DNA of 64,000 bases, taken from the NCBI GenBank assembly GCA_051294375.1, contig CM119263.1, positions 951,756 to 1,015,755 on the forward strand, written 5' to 3'. A program made the translations under genes and the position numbers. The notes under the pieces are model-generated. The model saw nothing but the letters and a program-made list of their open reading frames with translations, made no database searches and was not told the DNA's origin. This stretch comes from Paraspadella gotoi. Its lineage: Eukaryota; Animalia; Chaetognatha. How positions within the stretch are numbered: the stretch's first letter is position 1; the number at the start of each line of letters is the position of its first letter. Shown piece after piece: positions 1-14,200 of the stretch.

Positions 1-41
1 AACCCGACAATCCTTTTTTCTCGATTCCCTTCCAGTCACCT

Positions 42-952
42 TTAATCCTGAAATGCGACGACGATAAATCCAAGTCGCTTCTTCCTGCTTCGTCTTTCCC
101 AGCGCCCCATGATCCCTCTTCGTCTTTCCCAGCGCCCCATGATCTTCTTCGTCTTTCCAGCGCCCATGATCCCTGCTTCCGTTCTTTTCCCAGCCCCCAT
201 GATCCGTCCTTCGTTCCTTCCCAGCGCCCCATGATCTTGCTTCGTCTTTCCCAGCCGCCCCATGATCCCGTCCTCGTCTTTTCCCAGCGCCCCATGATAT
301 TGCTTCGTCCTTCCAGCGCCCCATGTCCTTTCGTGTCTTTTCCCAGCGCCCCATATTTGCTTCGTCTTTCCAGCGCCCCATGATCTTGCTATCGTCTTCC
401 ACAGCACCCATGATCTTGCTTCGTCTCTCCAGTGCCCGTGATCCCGCTTCGTCTTTCCCAGCACCCAATGATCTTGCTTCATCTTATCCAGTGCCCCATG
501 ATGCCGCTTCGTCTTTTCCAGCAATCCATGCTCCCGCTTCCTTTTTCCCGGCAACCCATGGATTTTCTTCGTCTTTCCCCACGCTCAATGATCCCGTATC
601 ATCTTTCCCGGCGCCCCATGATCCCGCGTCGTTTTTCCACGGCCAGATAACGTCGTTTCCTTTACTCCACGGCCGAGAATCATTTACTATCTTCGGGCCC
701 CGAGGTTCGGCAGAGAATTTTCGGTCGCCCCATGGATCAAAAATGTGCTCGCTACTCCTGCATACATCAGCGACGTTCTTTTCAACGCACCACGTCAAGA
801 CGTCTCCATTTTTCCCTCTTTCGGCCCCGTAATTTACGACGTCGCGATTTACGGCGCTCCTCACGGCGTCCCAATTTTCGGCGCCGCGCCGCCCGCCGCA
901 GGGGTTTTCCGAGCTACAATTTTCGTCGCGCCCCGCGGGCGCCCAGTCGGGG

Positions 953-988
<36 letters not shown>
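42..988 (-). CDS. Probable coding segment with a 30-nt/10-aa tandem repeat (consensus WGAGKDEAGS); 5' part lost in N-gap
   Basis: Open frame from the gap at 988 to TAA at 484 (…PWKNDAGSWGAGKDDTGSLSVGKDEENPWVAGKKEAGAWIAGKDEAASWGTG*). The same 30-nt unit continues with indels down to ~85. No recognisable family. Confidence 0.45.
85..690. repeat. 30-bp minisatellite (cttcgtctttcccagcgccccatgatcccg-like), roughly 20 degenerate units
   Basis: Recurrent cgtctttcccagcgccccatgatc at ~30-bp spacing. Confidence 0.9.
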
Positions 989-1685
989 NNNNNNNNNNNN
1001 NNNNNNNNNNNNNNNNNNNNNNNNNNNNNNNNNNNNNNNNNNNNNNNNNNNNNNNNNNNNNNNNNNNNNNNNNNNNNNNNNNNNNNNNNNNNNNNNNNNN
1101 NNNNNNNNNNNNNNNNNNNNNNNNNNNNNNNNNNNNNNNNNNNNNNNNNNNNNNNNNNNNNNNNNNNNNNNNNNNNNGACGAGATTGGAGGGAGGAACGG
1201 AGGAGGTGGGAGGGAGGAGTGAAGAAGAGAGAGAGGGGGAGAGGGAGGAAAGGGAGGAAAAGGAAAGAGAGGATAAANNNNNNNNNNNNNNNNNNNNNNN
1301 NNNNNNNNNNNNNNNNNNNNNNNNNNNNNNNNNNNNNNNNNNNNNNNNNNNNNNNNNNNNNNNNNNNNNNNNNNNNNNNNNNNNNNNNNNNNNNNNNNNN
1401 NNNNNNNNNNNNNNNNNNNNNNNNNNNNNNNNNNNNNNNNNNNNNNNNNNNNNNNNNNNNNNNNNNNNNNNNNNNNNNNNNNNNNNNNNNNNNNNNNNNN
1501 NNNNNNNNNNNNNNNNNNNNNNNNNNNNNNNNNNNNNNNNNNNNNNNNNNNNNNNNNNNNNNNNNNNNNNNNNNNNNNNNNNNNNNNNNNNNNNNNGGAA
1601 GGAAGAGAGGAAAGAAAAGAAGAGGAGCAAAAGAGGCGAAAAGTAAATGGTGAAAGAAGGAAAGTGAAGGAGGAAAGGTGAAGGA

Positions 1686-1755
1686 AAAAGAAAAGAAAAG
1701 AAAAGAAAAGAAAAGAAAAGAAAAGAAAAGAAAAGAAAAGAAAAGAAAAGAAAAG

Positions 1756-1786
<31 letters not shown>

Positions 1787-2160
1787 GAAAAGGAAGAAGA
1801 AAAGAAAAAGAAAAGAAAAGAAAAAAGAAAAGAAAATAAAGAGATACTCAAGTATTTAACGATGAGAAGCGGATTTGAGTGGAGTGAGGGAATTAAACAG
1901 CAGGAAGAGCAGGAGCAGCAGGAGGAGCAGGAGCAATCACATATCAAGAGGAGCGATGGTAATTTTAAAGAAGAATCGTGGACATCGAATGAGAAGCGAA
2001 AAAGAATTAAGTGGAGCTGGAGAATTTAATTTAATTTAAAAGTAAGAGTACGTCAATTCAAGTCAAGTAAGTCAAGTCAAGTCAAGTCAAGTCAAGTCAA
2101 GTCAAGTCAAGTCAAGTCAAGTCAAGTCAAGTCAAGTCAAGTCAAGTCAAGTCAAATAAA
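1686..2160. repeat. (AAAAG)n and (CAAGT)n microsatellites
   Basis: Direct reading: 1686-1830 and ~2059-2155. Confidence 0.95.
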
Positions 2161-3666
2161 GTCAAATAAAGTCTTGAAGTTAGAAGTTGAAGAGAGGAGA
2201 AAGAAATAATTTGGTGAAAAGAAAAGGGGAAAGAAAAGGGGAAAGAAAAAAGGAAAGAAAAGGGGAAAGAAAGAAGAGGGNNNNNNNNNNNNNNNNNNNN
2301 NNNNNNNNNNNNNNNNNNNNNNNNNNNNNNNNNNNNNNNNNNNNNNNNNNNNNNNNNNNNNNNNNNNNNNNNNNNNNNNNNNNNNNNNNNNNNNNNNNNN
2401 NNNNNNNNNNNNNNNNNNNNNNNNNNNNNNNNNNNNNNNNNNNNNNNNNNNNNNNNNNNNNNNNNNNNNNNNNNNNNNNNNNNNNNNNNNNNNNNNNNNN
2501 NNNNNNNNNNNNNNNNNNNNNNNNNNNNNNGGGGGGAGAACGACAGCCTAATGGAATTTGTGTTGACGCGAAGAAGAAATCGAAGATCCTAACGACGTCG
2601 AGGAGCGAATCCCGGGACAAAACTCCACGCTGTTGTTGTTGTTGTTTTCGTTTCAGTTTTGAAGTCTTATTATATATGCGTTTATTTGTTAATTCAAAGA
2701 TAGAATCCAAGTTTAGTTGAATGCCCAAAGTTCAAAGTTTAAGAGAATCCATGCAACGCTGAAACAGTCTTATTGTCTTATTGTTTAATAATAATTAATA
2801 TTAATCAAAAGCTTTATATTTAGTTTGTCATTGTTATTAAGTTGACAATACAGACTCGGGGGGGGGGGAGGAAAGGACGACGCATAGTTAAATCCAAGAA
2901 GAAAACAAAAGGAGAAGATGATGATGATAAGAATGAGCCTTTTGTTCGACTCGATTTCCCTTTTGTTTCTTTCGTCGAAACGAAATAAAAAGTTTGCAGT
3001 GAATACGAAATATTTGTTTATTTTTTGTTTTTGTTTAAGTTTTGTCGGTTTTTGTTTAATTTCGTCTTCGAATTATCGGAATTAAAACGGATTAAATTAA
3101 AAAAGGGGAAGTTTAAAAGTAGAGGGCGTTTTGGTTTTTATAACGAAAGAAAAGAGAAGATAAATAAAACAAAAGTTCATCGATCTCAAAAAATATGCGT
3201 TGCAGCATTGGGATATTGTTTTTAAAATTTTGAAAATTTTTAACTAAAGAAGGAATGAGAAACCATTTAAAAAATTAGATAAAAATGGGAAATCCTGAAA
3301 CTAAAATAGTTTTTTATTTCCAAGTAAATAAATGAGTAAAATTTATTTATATTACATTGTCGGAATAATATTGCCGCAACAATTATAAGTAAAGAAAAAA
3401 ATAAAAACCAAAATCGAAACAATTATTATAATAAATAAATTACTACTAAATAATTACTATGTTTAAGATAATAAAAAGCATATGATTGAGAAAAGTTGAA
3501 AATTAAAAACTTAATAATTGAAATTTTTTTGAAAGATTCGAATTTTTATTTTTATTTTCCGATAAAACGTGACAAAATGGAAATTTTCGTTGGACTTTTG
3601 ATCTTCACAGCAGTTGGAACCAAAAACGATTTAAAACCCTTGGTTTAATTTGTGTTTGCCATTGGC

Positions 3667-3875
<209 letters not shown>

Positions 3876-4723
3876 TGTAGGGAGTTTTTGTTATGCTATA
3901 TATTTTCTTTTATATTTTGACAATGGGAACAAATTCGAATTTTTGGCAAATAAGTCGAGAAGTTGGAATGAAAATAGAAGTGGCGGAAGGATGTGATATC
4001 AAAGGATGTGATATCAAAGGATGTGATATCAAAGGTCCTTTATCAAATCACAAGTGATAAGTTTATTTTACAACCAAAAAAACTTTAACAACCGGGAAAA
4101 GAATCTGTTTATATTCGAGATCAGATATAAATTCATTCTTTTGGTCTAAAACGTGAATTTGTTTTTCGGGGGAGAAAAAAAAAAGGATTAAGCAGCGAAA
4201 GGGACGGATGGACTTGTGGCCTTTTTTTACTCTTTAGCTTAAATAATTTGTCAATTTATCTTTTATTTTTATTGTTTTTTATTTATAATTTGATTTTTTC
4301 TATTAACTTTTCCTTTTTTCTTTATCTTTAGTTTATCTTTTATTTCCTTTGTTCCTTTGTCTTTTCCAAGATTTTGAAACGGAGTTTGCTGATGGGATTT
4401 CTGTGAAATTCACAAATCTTTCCGAGTTGTTTCTTGCAATCCGTGAGGCCCCCACGAGATTATCTGCAGGAGCGGAAAAGATTGCCCCTTATGACCGGTT
4501 GGATTTTTAATTATTAACTTTTATTTTTTTCATACATTTTATTGATCAAAAATGCAAGCGTACAAAAACGATATATCAAAGCAAACCAATTTAATTGGGT
4601 CAAATCCCAACAATAGGCTGATAATTCCACGACCAAAACAATTCCATCCGCCTAAGAAAATCAATTTCCTTAACTCTGCAATTCCTTTATGCTTTTCTGT
4701 CGCGACGTTTTTGTCATTTAAAT

Positions 4724-4761
<38 letters not shown>

Positions 4762-4843
4762 CCTCACCCTTGAATATGCAAATTTCTTTCATTTCCCCGC
4801 TATCGTTTCACGCAGGAATTTATTTTTTTTTTTTGTATTTCCA

Positions 4844-4885
<42 letters not shown>

Positions 4886-4983
4886 GATTTTCTAGACTAA
4901 TGACAGAAAAGTTTTGAGAATAACTCTTTTTCTGGTTTTGATGCAAAAAATGTAAAATTAATTGCGTAAAAAAAAGGATTAAG

Positions 4984-5659
4984 ATGGACGCGTGGATTTG
5001 GTTCGTTCTCTTTTGCTCGCGACTTACCAATGTTGATTCAGCTGCTTTAAGTAAGTATCGCAGCTTTTATTTTTCGAAATTAACTCTATTCTAAAATTTA
5101 AAATTTAAAACAACAAAAAAATGTTAAAATGTTCTCTATATTTTTCGCAACAACAAAAAAAATGAGATAATTTGTTCAAAAAAAATTTCATCAATATGTA
5201 CTTGATGTGTTTTATTATCGTTATGCTCTGCTCTGGTTAAAAAACCCCAAATTGTTTAATGTATATAAAATCAAATGACTCCTAAATAAATAATATAAAA
5301 TCATAAAAATAAGATAATATTAAAATAATAATAAAATAAATTTAAAAAATAATCTTTAACAGACGAATCCCGTCCCGCCCGCCAATGGTTCGGCGGCGGG
5401 TTCGGCGGTTATCCCGGCGGCGGATATCCTGGCGGCGGATATCCCGGCGGCGCATATCCCGGCGGCGGATATCCCGGCGGCGGATTCGGCGGATACGGAG
5501 GGGGATTCGGTGGTTTTCCCGGCCTTGGGGGATTTCCCGGCATCCGCCCCGGCAGCGGCGTCGGCGGTGCCGGTGCAAACGCCCACTGTCCCGGCGGATA
5601 TTTTTGCGTCAGCGTCGACGATCGTAGGATTTGCGGAGAAGGATATTTCTGTCCAGCGG

Positions 5660-5755
<96 letters not shown>

Positions 5756-7603
5756 GAGAAAAAGGAAAAGTGAGAGTAAAAAAATATTGTGTCGTAAGTA
5801 ATTACAAATTTCGAAGAAATATTGAATATAACAAAGTATTTTTTTCTTCTTATTTTTATTAATAAATTAAAATTATTATCCTCAGGTTCAAACGCGCAAA
5901 ATCCCTGCCCAACCGGAACCTACTCCCGCCGCGGGGCCTCAGCCTGCGTAACGTGCCCCGCGGGCTACCAATGCCCCCAGACGACCTCCGGGGGTGTGAC
6001 CCGAGGGGCTGTGTCACCCACTCAATGCGGCGCTGGGTTTTACTGCCCACCCGGAACGGGTGAGTTGTGAAAATTGCAAAATAACTTAATCTTCTTACAT
6101 TTAATAATACTAAATATTTTTTTAAAATTTCATTTCTATTTCTTAATATTAATATTTTCAATTATTGAGATTGGGATGTTAATGTTTTCTTGGATATAGA
6201 GGGATCATTTAAAAAACACAAGGTTAGATTAATTTCTGAACTAGTTTTCTAATAGTTATCATACATCATTACCGTTAGAAACCATTAATACAAGATCTTA
6301 TTAATGAGAAAATCATAAAATCTCAAAGGCTGAACAGAAAGGGAATGAAAAATATTTTAGGAGATAAGGTGATATATGATTATTGTTACCAATAGGGATA
6401 AGACTATTAAGACTAAGACTACCTTGTAGAATCGTATATTCTGATAGGGATAGATATTAGGGAAAGTTTCATAGGGGCAACTTTATATGTTTGGGCGATG
6501 ACTTCTAAGAAATCATTTTCTTCTTGCGTCTCCACTTGTCCATGTGCCCCATTTCAGGCGCGGCCATCAACTGCCCATCGGGCTATTATTGCACCAACGA
6601 GAACGCCCCCAACTTTGAACCGATTCCCTGCCCGGCCGGAAGCTACGCCCCCAACGTCAAAGGCACCGCCCCTTCGAATTGCCTCACTTGTCCGGCGGGT
6701 GAGGTCCTGGTGATCAGTTGTGTGATAAGTGGTGAAAGAATTTGTGAAAATTTTTTAATCACTCGTCAAGTGATTGAAACAACGTAATTGTCAGGTTATT
6801 CGTTACTCTTTCCTCCGGTCGAAAGATGAGTGGTTTTGTAAACCTTTCTTACTTTTCTTTATAAAATTGGTACAACCAAAATGATCATTTGATAAATAAG
6901 CTATCTTGCCCCTGACTTTAACTGGGTGATGGCCTCCATTCGAGATAGTAACTTAGCAGCTCCCTGCAAGCTTTCAAGTCTCTCTCGCAGTCTTGTTTAT
7001 TCACTACCAGAGTACCTGGCTTCCCTATCAATGAAGTGGTATAATATTTCAAAGAATGTTTCAATTGTATTGAAAGACCACTCCCTTAAGTATTAGATCC
7101 AGGAATACTATCTTGTGCTCAAAACTTTTTATCTATTTTCATCCTCAGACTCCGAAGCCATAAACGTAAACAATCGTAATTGAAGAAGGAAAATAAAGAA
7201 TCAAAGATTTTAAATTCTACTCAAAAAAAAAACGCAAAATAAGTTATTACTTTTTTTGTTTTGTTTTAGAAATTTATATAAAAATAATTCAGGTTTTCGC
7301 TTTTCAAAGTATTGATTTTCGCTACAAGAATGTCGAAATTGCTATCTTTGTCGTTTCCCAGCACGTTCAAAAATGGTTGATGCATTTTTTTAAAGTACAT
7401 AAGTGACAAATTGGCGGGGGGGTAAAAGAAGAGCAAAAGCGAAAAATCTGGTTAACATAAGAAAAAGAAACGGGGAGATTCTATTGCGTCTTTTTAAAAG
7501 TGAGAAGAAGGCTGGACAGGAAATTTTGAACACAGACAGAAAGGGGAGAGAGAGGAGAGGATAGGACGAGACTGGAGAAGGGAAGGAGAGGAGAGAGAAG
7601 ACC

Positions 7604-7637
<34 letters not shown>

Positions 7638-10600
7638 CGAGAGAGCATGCGGGGAGTGAGAGAGGACGAGAAGAGAGTAATAAAAAAAAGAAAAAATACA
7701 ATACAAAATAAATCATAGTCTTCTTGTTGAAGGATATTTTTAAGGACGAACACACATGTATCAATTAATTCCACACACAAAGACATTTTTTTGGCACTTG
7801 TCAACATTTCCACTGAACAAAAAAAGGTTATATACTATAACATGATCATTTGAATCAAATTAACAAAGGCGGACGCCAAAGGAAAAAAGGATTCACAGTC
7901 GTATATAAAATAAGCCAACAATCCGATAATCTGGTTTACCAGTTCTTTTAATGTCCAAACCAATGTCACAAACAATGTTAAACAATTAAACAACATGTCA
8001 TCTGCCCCCTAGTAGGAATCCAGCCGCCCCCAATCCTTCCGAACCAGTTGGCTTAAACCAGTGTGCTTGTTGTGGTTGTTGTTGTTGTTCGGTAACGAGA
8101 AGAATCTGGCGCTGCAAGCCAGCAAGCTCCCGCCTCCGAGAAAGTCCCCTAAGTAAAACAACGGCAAAGTCTTTCGATCATAAGAAACCCCGACGACACC
8201 GGTTTCTTACTTTGTCGTCTAGTCATCGGGGCGACCGCTCCACGTAGGGACGGGCAAAACAAAGTGTTATCGAAGCCAAGGCCTACGCGGTTCGCCTGCT
8301 CGTTACGATTTCATTTTGTTATTCATTCTTTATCGTCCGGTAACCGTACTTCTATCTACATTTACATATACATATGATGATATGCAAATAAAGAACAGCA
8401 GCGTTCTCTTTTGTTCACTGAAGTAAGAAGATATCCATGGAACACGACACCGATACTAATATTTTTTAATAATCTTAATCCATTTTTACTACAGTTCGAT
8501 TTAGTAATGCAAACAATGATAAGCTATATACATTTTCGGTAAATAGAAAGTAAAACATTTTTTTTTTTGAGGTAAAAAGTGAGATTTCTTCAAATTTTTT
8601 TGAAATCAATGTAAAACAAGCCAGAAAATATTCCAGGGTCCACCATGGAACAAACCATAAAAAAAAAAATCCACAAACCGAAACGACTACAACATCTTTT
8701 TACGGTTCTAAGGCAACGCAACAAAAGAAGGCGAAAATCGTCGACTAATGCTTTTCTCGTGTTGCAAGACGACTGCGTCAAAGCAAGATAAGACAGACAG
8801 AAGTCACAGAAAAGGAAAGAAGAACGCAAGAAAGAAGAAGGAAGGAAGAAGAAAAGAAGAAAGAAAGAGGACCAATCTTGATAATGCGCTTTCTCTAGTG
8901 AAGACGATGGCGTGTCAGAAAGAATCTATGAAGATGATGCCAGATGATGGGTTGGTTGGTGGGAAGAAGAAGAAGAATAAGAAGCAAGAAGAAGAAGAAG
9001 AGCAAAAAAGAAGAATTATGAAGGATGATACCAGCATGTTGGTTTGTGAAAGACAGAACGAAGAACGAAGAAGAAGAAAGACAGAAGACAGCAAGAATAT
9101 GAAAGATGGATGCCAGATTGCATGGCCGGTCAGACAAGAAAGAAGAAGACAGGAGCCCAAGAAAGACAGAAGAAGAAGAAGAAGATTTGAAGAAAAATTA
9201 TGAAGATCGATTGCCAGACTGCATGGCGGAGAAGAAGGAGAAGAAGAAGAAGAAAGAAGAAAGACAGAAAGAAGAAGAAGAAGAAGAAGAATCAAGAAGA
9301 CAGCAAGAAGGAAGGAAAGCAATTTATGAAGATGATTGCCAGATGATGGCGTCCAGAACGAGAAAGGCAAGAAGCAAGAAGAAGCAAGAAGAAAAAGAAG
9401 AAGAAGAAGAAGAAGCAAGAAGCAAGAAAGAAGAAGATTTGAAGAAGAAGAATTTAATTTGAAGATTGATGCCAGATGGATGGCGCTCAGGAAGAGAAGA
9501 GGAAGCAAGAAGAAGGACGAAGAAGCAAGAAGAAGAAAAAGAAAGAAGAAGAAGGAAGAAGAGAAGAGTAAGAAGAAGAAGGAAGAAGAAGCAAGCAAGA
9601 AGCACGAAAGAAAGAAGAAGAAAAGCACGAAGAAGGAAAAATAATTATGAAGATGAGTCCAGATCTGATTTTTCTTTTCTTTTTGTCTTCGTTGGCTAAC
9701 AGAGAAGCCAGGAGGACAGAGGCCACACAGAGAGATTAAGCGAGGAGAGGCAGGAGGGGAAGTTGGGAAAGAGGAAAGAAAGGCACCAAGAAAGGAAAGG
9801 AAGAACAGCTTCGTTTACGAAATAACTATCTCTTAATTATCGAGGAAATCCAGCTTCCTTCTACCTATTTCCCCGTTGCCTCACTCTTGCTTCCTTTATT
9901 ACTGACATCCGAAAATGCCCTTCCCGTTTCTAGCCGATCGACCACGACATCTTTAGGCTCCTCTCTTTTGTTTATACTTAAGTACAGAATTCCGAGAGGC
10001 AGCTGTACAGCTGATTCTGATTTGCGTGCCCGTGATTTCGATAGATTTCCGATTAAGATTCTAATCGAATTCTACCCACGTGGCATCTTTCAGATCTCAA
10101 CGTTGTCACTGTTTTTTCAGTTCTTTTCAGGAGCATTAGAAACTCTTTATCTAGAACTCCGGAATCTTATTTTTTTGTGCATCGCTTTGGTTTGGGTCTG
10201 TGGGAACTTTTTCTATGAGAGAAGCATCTCTATTTTTGTACATTCTATTGGCTTCAGCAAACAAGTAAGAAAGACACTTTAAAACTTTATATATATTTGC
10301 TTGAGTTTGCTGATAAATGTTGTTATTTCCTTGCCCAAGGGGACTTCTAACTACTCCTCTTCTTACTACTCTACTTCTCTCAGACCACTCCTACCGACTG
10401 TAAGACTTACTTCTTTCAACGACTTTACAAGCAACAGGACTCTACTACCGACATTTTGTCAAGTCCTGGGCTAAGTGGACAGTCCGTCATTTGGCCTTAG
10501 CCGCACGTCGTCTACTGAGACTTTGTCGTCAGGCATCTCCCAGGGCGTCTGGACCGCCGGACCATCGTCTCTTCTTCTGCCGCCATTTTATACCCAATTC

Positions 10601-11214
10601 CATCTGCGTCTCTCAACTGCGCATGAATTAGTCTTCCAGTTCAGTTTTAGAATTCAAAAGACGCCACTTCTCCGCAACTTTAGCTTCAAAACAGAAAGGA
10701 AAGCGAAACGGGCAACAGGAAAGCAAACGAAAGGCAAAAGGAGAAAGCGAACAGAAAAGAAAAAGAAAAAGGAAAAAGAAAGAGAAAAGTAAATGAAAGG
10801 AAAGGAAAGGAAAAGGAAAGGAAAGGAACAGAAACAGAAAGCCGAAAGAAAAAGAAAGTAAATGAAAGGAACAGGGAAAGGAAAGAAAAGGAAAAGGAAA
10901 AGGAAAGGAAAGGAAAAGGAAAGGAAAGGAAAGGAAAGCAAGAAGAAGGAAAGGAAAGGAAAGGCGGGAAAGAGAAAGAAACAGAAGAAAGAAAAAGGAA
11001 AAGAAAAATGAGCAAAGTACGGAAACGAAGGAAAGGAAAGGAAAGGAAAGGGAAAGGAAAGAAAGGAACGGAAAAGGAAGAGAGGAAAAGAAAAGAAGGA
11101 CAGGAAAGAGAAAGGAAAGGAAAATAAAATACCTCCGTTGAAATTTTAGCCTTCCGGGCTGACATTCACAACTTCTCCCCAAGAATCGGTATCACAAGTT
11201 TTTCAGTAAAAATA

Positions 11215-11274
<60 letters not shown>

Positions 11275-14200
11275 TCTCCTCTCTCTCTCTCTCTCTCTCT
11301 CTTCTCTCCTCTCTAGGTTCTCCCTTTTTTAAATCGGAATNNNNNNNNNNNNNNNNNNNNNNNNNATACCGGATTCTGGGGAGAAGTTGTGAAATGTCAG
11401 CCGAAGCTAAAAATTCAACGGAGGTATTTTATTTTCCTTTCCTTTCTTTTCTGTTCCTTTCTTTTCTTTTCCTCTCCTTTCCGTTCCTTTTCTTTCCTTT
11501 CCTTTCCTTTCCTTTCCTTTCCTCTGGACAGATGGAGTGGATCTGGGTGCGTCGTATGTCCTCGCTGTCTTTCCTTTTCCTCGGTGTTTTGTCCCGAACT
11601 TCCGCCTCGGCTCGTCTCGGCTCGTCTTGAATCTCTCTTGTTCCTGCTGTCTCGTTGATCGAGTCAGTCTGCCTTTCTTTACCATGAGCGCAGACGATAA
11701 AGAGAATAAAAGAGTAGCAGATAAGCTGGCATCTGGAGCCTTTCGATTCTTCGATTGAATTATTATTTTTTCTCGTTGGTCGGTTCTTCTGTTCTTTGCT
11801 GTAGTGGCGTTACTGTCTTTTTCATTCTTGCTTGTTTCTTCTTTCTTGGGGTTTTGCTTTAGTCTTTCTTCTTTTGTGTTCTTGTGCTTGTCTGTGCTTG
11901 CTTCTTGTTCTGGCTTCTTTTTTCCTTCTGTCTTCGTTCCTTGCGTCTTCTTCGTCTTGCTTGCTTCTCGATTGCTCTGGTGCTGGATCCGCCATCATTC
12001 TTGTGCAGTCACGTTCATGAATATCTTCTCTGCATCTTCTTCTTCTTTCTTCTTACTTCTTCTTCTTCTTTCTTCGTTCTTTCTTCCTCTGTTGCTGAGA
12101 CTGGGATGAGTGGTGCCGATGAGGGTGCCATCATTCGTGGTCAGTCAATCTTCAAATAATTCTTCTTCTTCCTTCTTCTTTTCTTCTTCTTCTTCTCTTC
12201 TTCTTCTTCTTCTTCTTCTCTCTTCTTCTTCTTCTTTCCCCAATCATCCTCAGCATCTAATCTTCCATAATGTTTTCTTCATATCTTCTTCTTCTTTCTT
12301 CTTCTTCTTTCTCTGCTTCTTCTTCTTCTGACGGCCATCATCGTGGCAGTCATGTCGTTCAAGTAATTCTTCTTTGCGTTTCACTTTGCTGTGCTGTCTT
12401 CTTCTTCTTCTTCTTCATCACCAACATCTGGTAATCATCTTCATAATTTTCTTTGCTTCTTCTTCTTCTTCTTCTCTTCTTATTCTTCTTCTTCTTTCTT
12501 CTTCCACCATCATCTGGCATCATCTTCATAATTCTTCTGACGCCATCGTCTTCACAGAGAAAAGCATTATCAAGATTTCCCTCTTTCTTCTTCTTCTTCT
12601 TCTTCTTCTTCTTTTCTTCTTCTTCTTCTTCTTCTTCTTCTTTCTTCTTCTTCTTTTGACGCCATCGTCTTCACAGAGAAAAGCATTATCACGATTTCCC
12701 TTGTNNNNNNNNNNNNNNNNNNNNNNNNNTGTCCTTTGCCTTTCGTTTCCTGTCCTTTCGCTTTCAAATTTCTTTCTTTTTTTTCCTTTTTTCCTTTCCC
12801 TTTTCTGTTTCTTTTCTTTTCTCTTTCCCCGCCTTTCCTTTTCCTTTCCTTTCCTTTCCTTTTCGCTTTCCTTTCCTTTGCCTTTCCTTTTCCTTTCCTT
12901 TCCTTTTCCTTTTCCTTTTCTTTCCTTTCCCTGTTCCTTTCATTTACTTTCTTTTTCTTTCGGCTTTCTGTTTCTGTTCCTTTCCTTTCCTTTTCCTTTC
13001 CTTTCCTTTCATTTACTTTTCTCTTTCTTTTTCCTTTTTCTTTTTCTTTTCTGTTCGCTTTCTCCTTTTGCCTTTCGTTTGCTTTCCTGTTGCCCGTTTC
13101 GCTTTCCTTTCTGTTTTGAAGCTAAAGTTGCGGAGAAGTGGCGTCTTTTGAATTCTAAAACTGAACTGGAAGACTAATTCATGCGCAGTTGAGAGACGCA
13201 GATGGAATTGGGTATAAAATGGCGGCAGAAGAAGAGACGATGGTCCGGCGGTCCAGACGCCCTGGGAGATGCCTGACGACAAAGTCTCAGTAGACGACGT
13301 GCGGCTAAGGCCAAATGACGGACTGTCCACTTAGCCCAGGACTTGACAAAATGTCGGTAGTAGAGTCCTGTTGCTTGTAAAGTCGTTGAAAGAAGTAAGT
13401 CTTACAGTCGGTAGGAGTGGTCTGAGAGAAGTAGAGTAGTAAGAAGAGGAGTAGTTAGAAGTCCCCTTGGGCAAGGAAATAACAACATTTATCAGCAAAC
13501 TCAAGCAAATATATATAAAGTTTTAAAGTGTCTTTCTTACTTGTTTGCTGAAGCCAATAGAATGTACAAAAATAGAGATGCTTCTCTCATAGAAAAAGTT
13601 CCCACAGACCCAAACCAAAGCGATGCACAAAAAAATAAGATTCCGGAGTTCTAGATAAAGAGTTTCTAATGCTCCTGAAAAGAACTGAAAAAACAGTGAC
13701 AACGTTGAGATCTGAAAGATGCCACGTGGGTAGAATTCGATTAGAATCTTAATCGGAAATCTATCGAAATCACGGGCACGCAAATCAGAATCAGCTGTAC
13801 AGCTGCCTCTCGGAATTCTGTACTTAAGTATAAACAAAAGAGAGGAGCCTAAAGATGTCGTGGTCGATCGGCTAGAAACGGGAAGGGCATTTTCGGATGT
13901 CAGTAATAAAGGAAGCAAGAGTGAGGCAACGGGGAAATAGGTAGAAGGAAGCTGGATTTCCTCGATAATTAAGAGATAGTTATTTCGTAAACGAAGCTGT
14001 TCTTCCTTTCCTTTCTTGGTGCCTTTCTTTCCTCTTTCCCAACTTCCCCTCCTGCCTCTCCTCGCTTAATCTCTCTGTGTGGCCTCTGTCCTCCTGGCTT
14101 CTCTGTTAGCCAACGAAGACAAAAAGAAAAGAAAAATCAGATCTGGACTCATCTTCATAATTATTTTTCCTTCTGTGCTTCTTCTTGCTCTTCTTTCGTG

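Noticed and set aside
85-690. Regular ~30-bp repeats as a CRISPR array (also 37595-37690, 55252-55360)
   Set aside because: Head-to-tail units without unique spacers, eukaryotic context, no cas genes.
2531-2640. Minus-strand VVRIFDFFFAS resembling a TBC1D20-like motif
   Set aside because: Short match, no splice acceptor context, truncated by a gap.
484-2728. Long ORFs spanning N-gaps (487, 304, 302, 238, 182, 177 aa)
   Set aside because: Open only because of N runs and simple repeats.
4370-4510. Possible + strand exon (DFETEFADGISVKF…) after a pyrimidine tract
   Set aside because: No partner exons or recognisable motif.
5342-5773. Arg-rich 'protamine-like' ORFs (RRISRRR) and their antisense
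   Set aside because: Alternative frames of the GGGYP exon 5363-5659, whose splice phases fit the gene.
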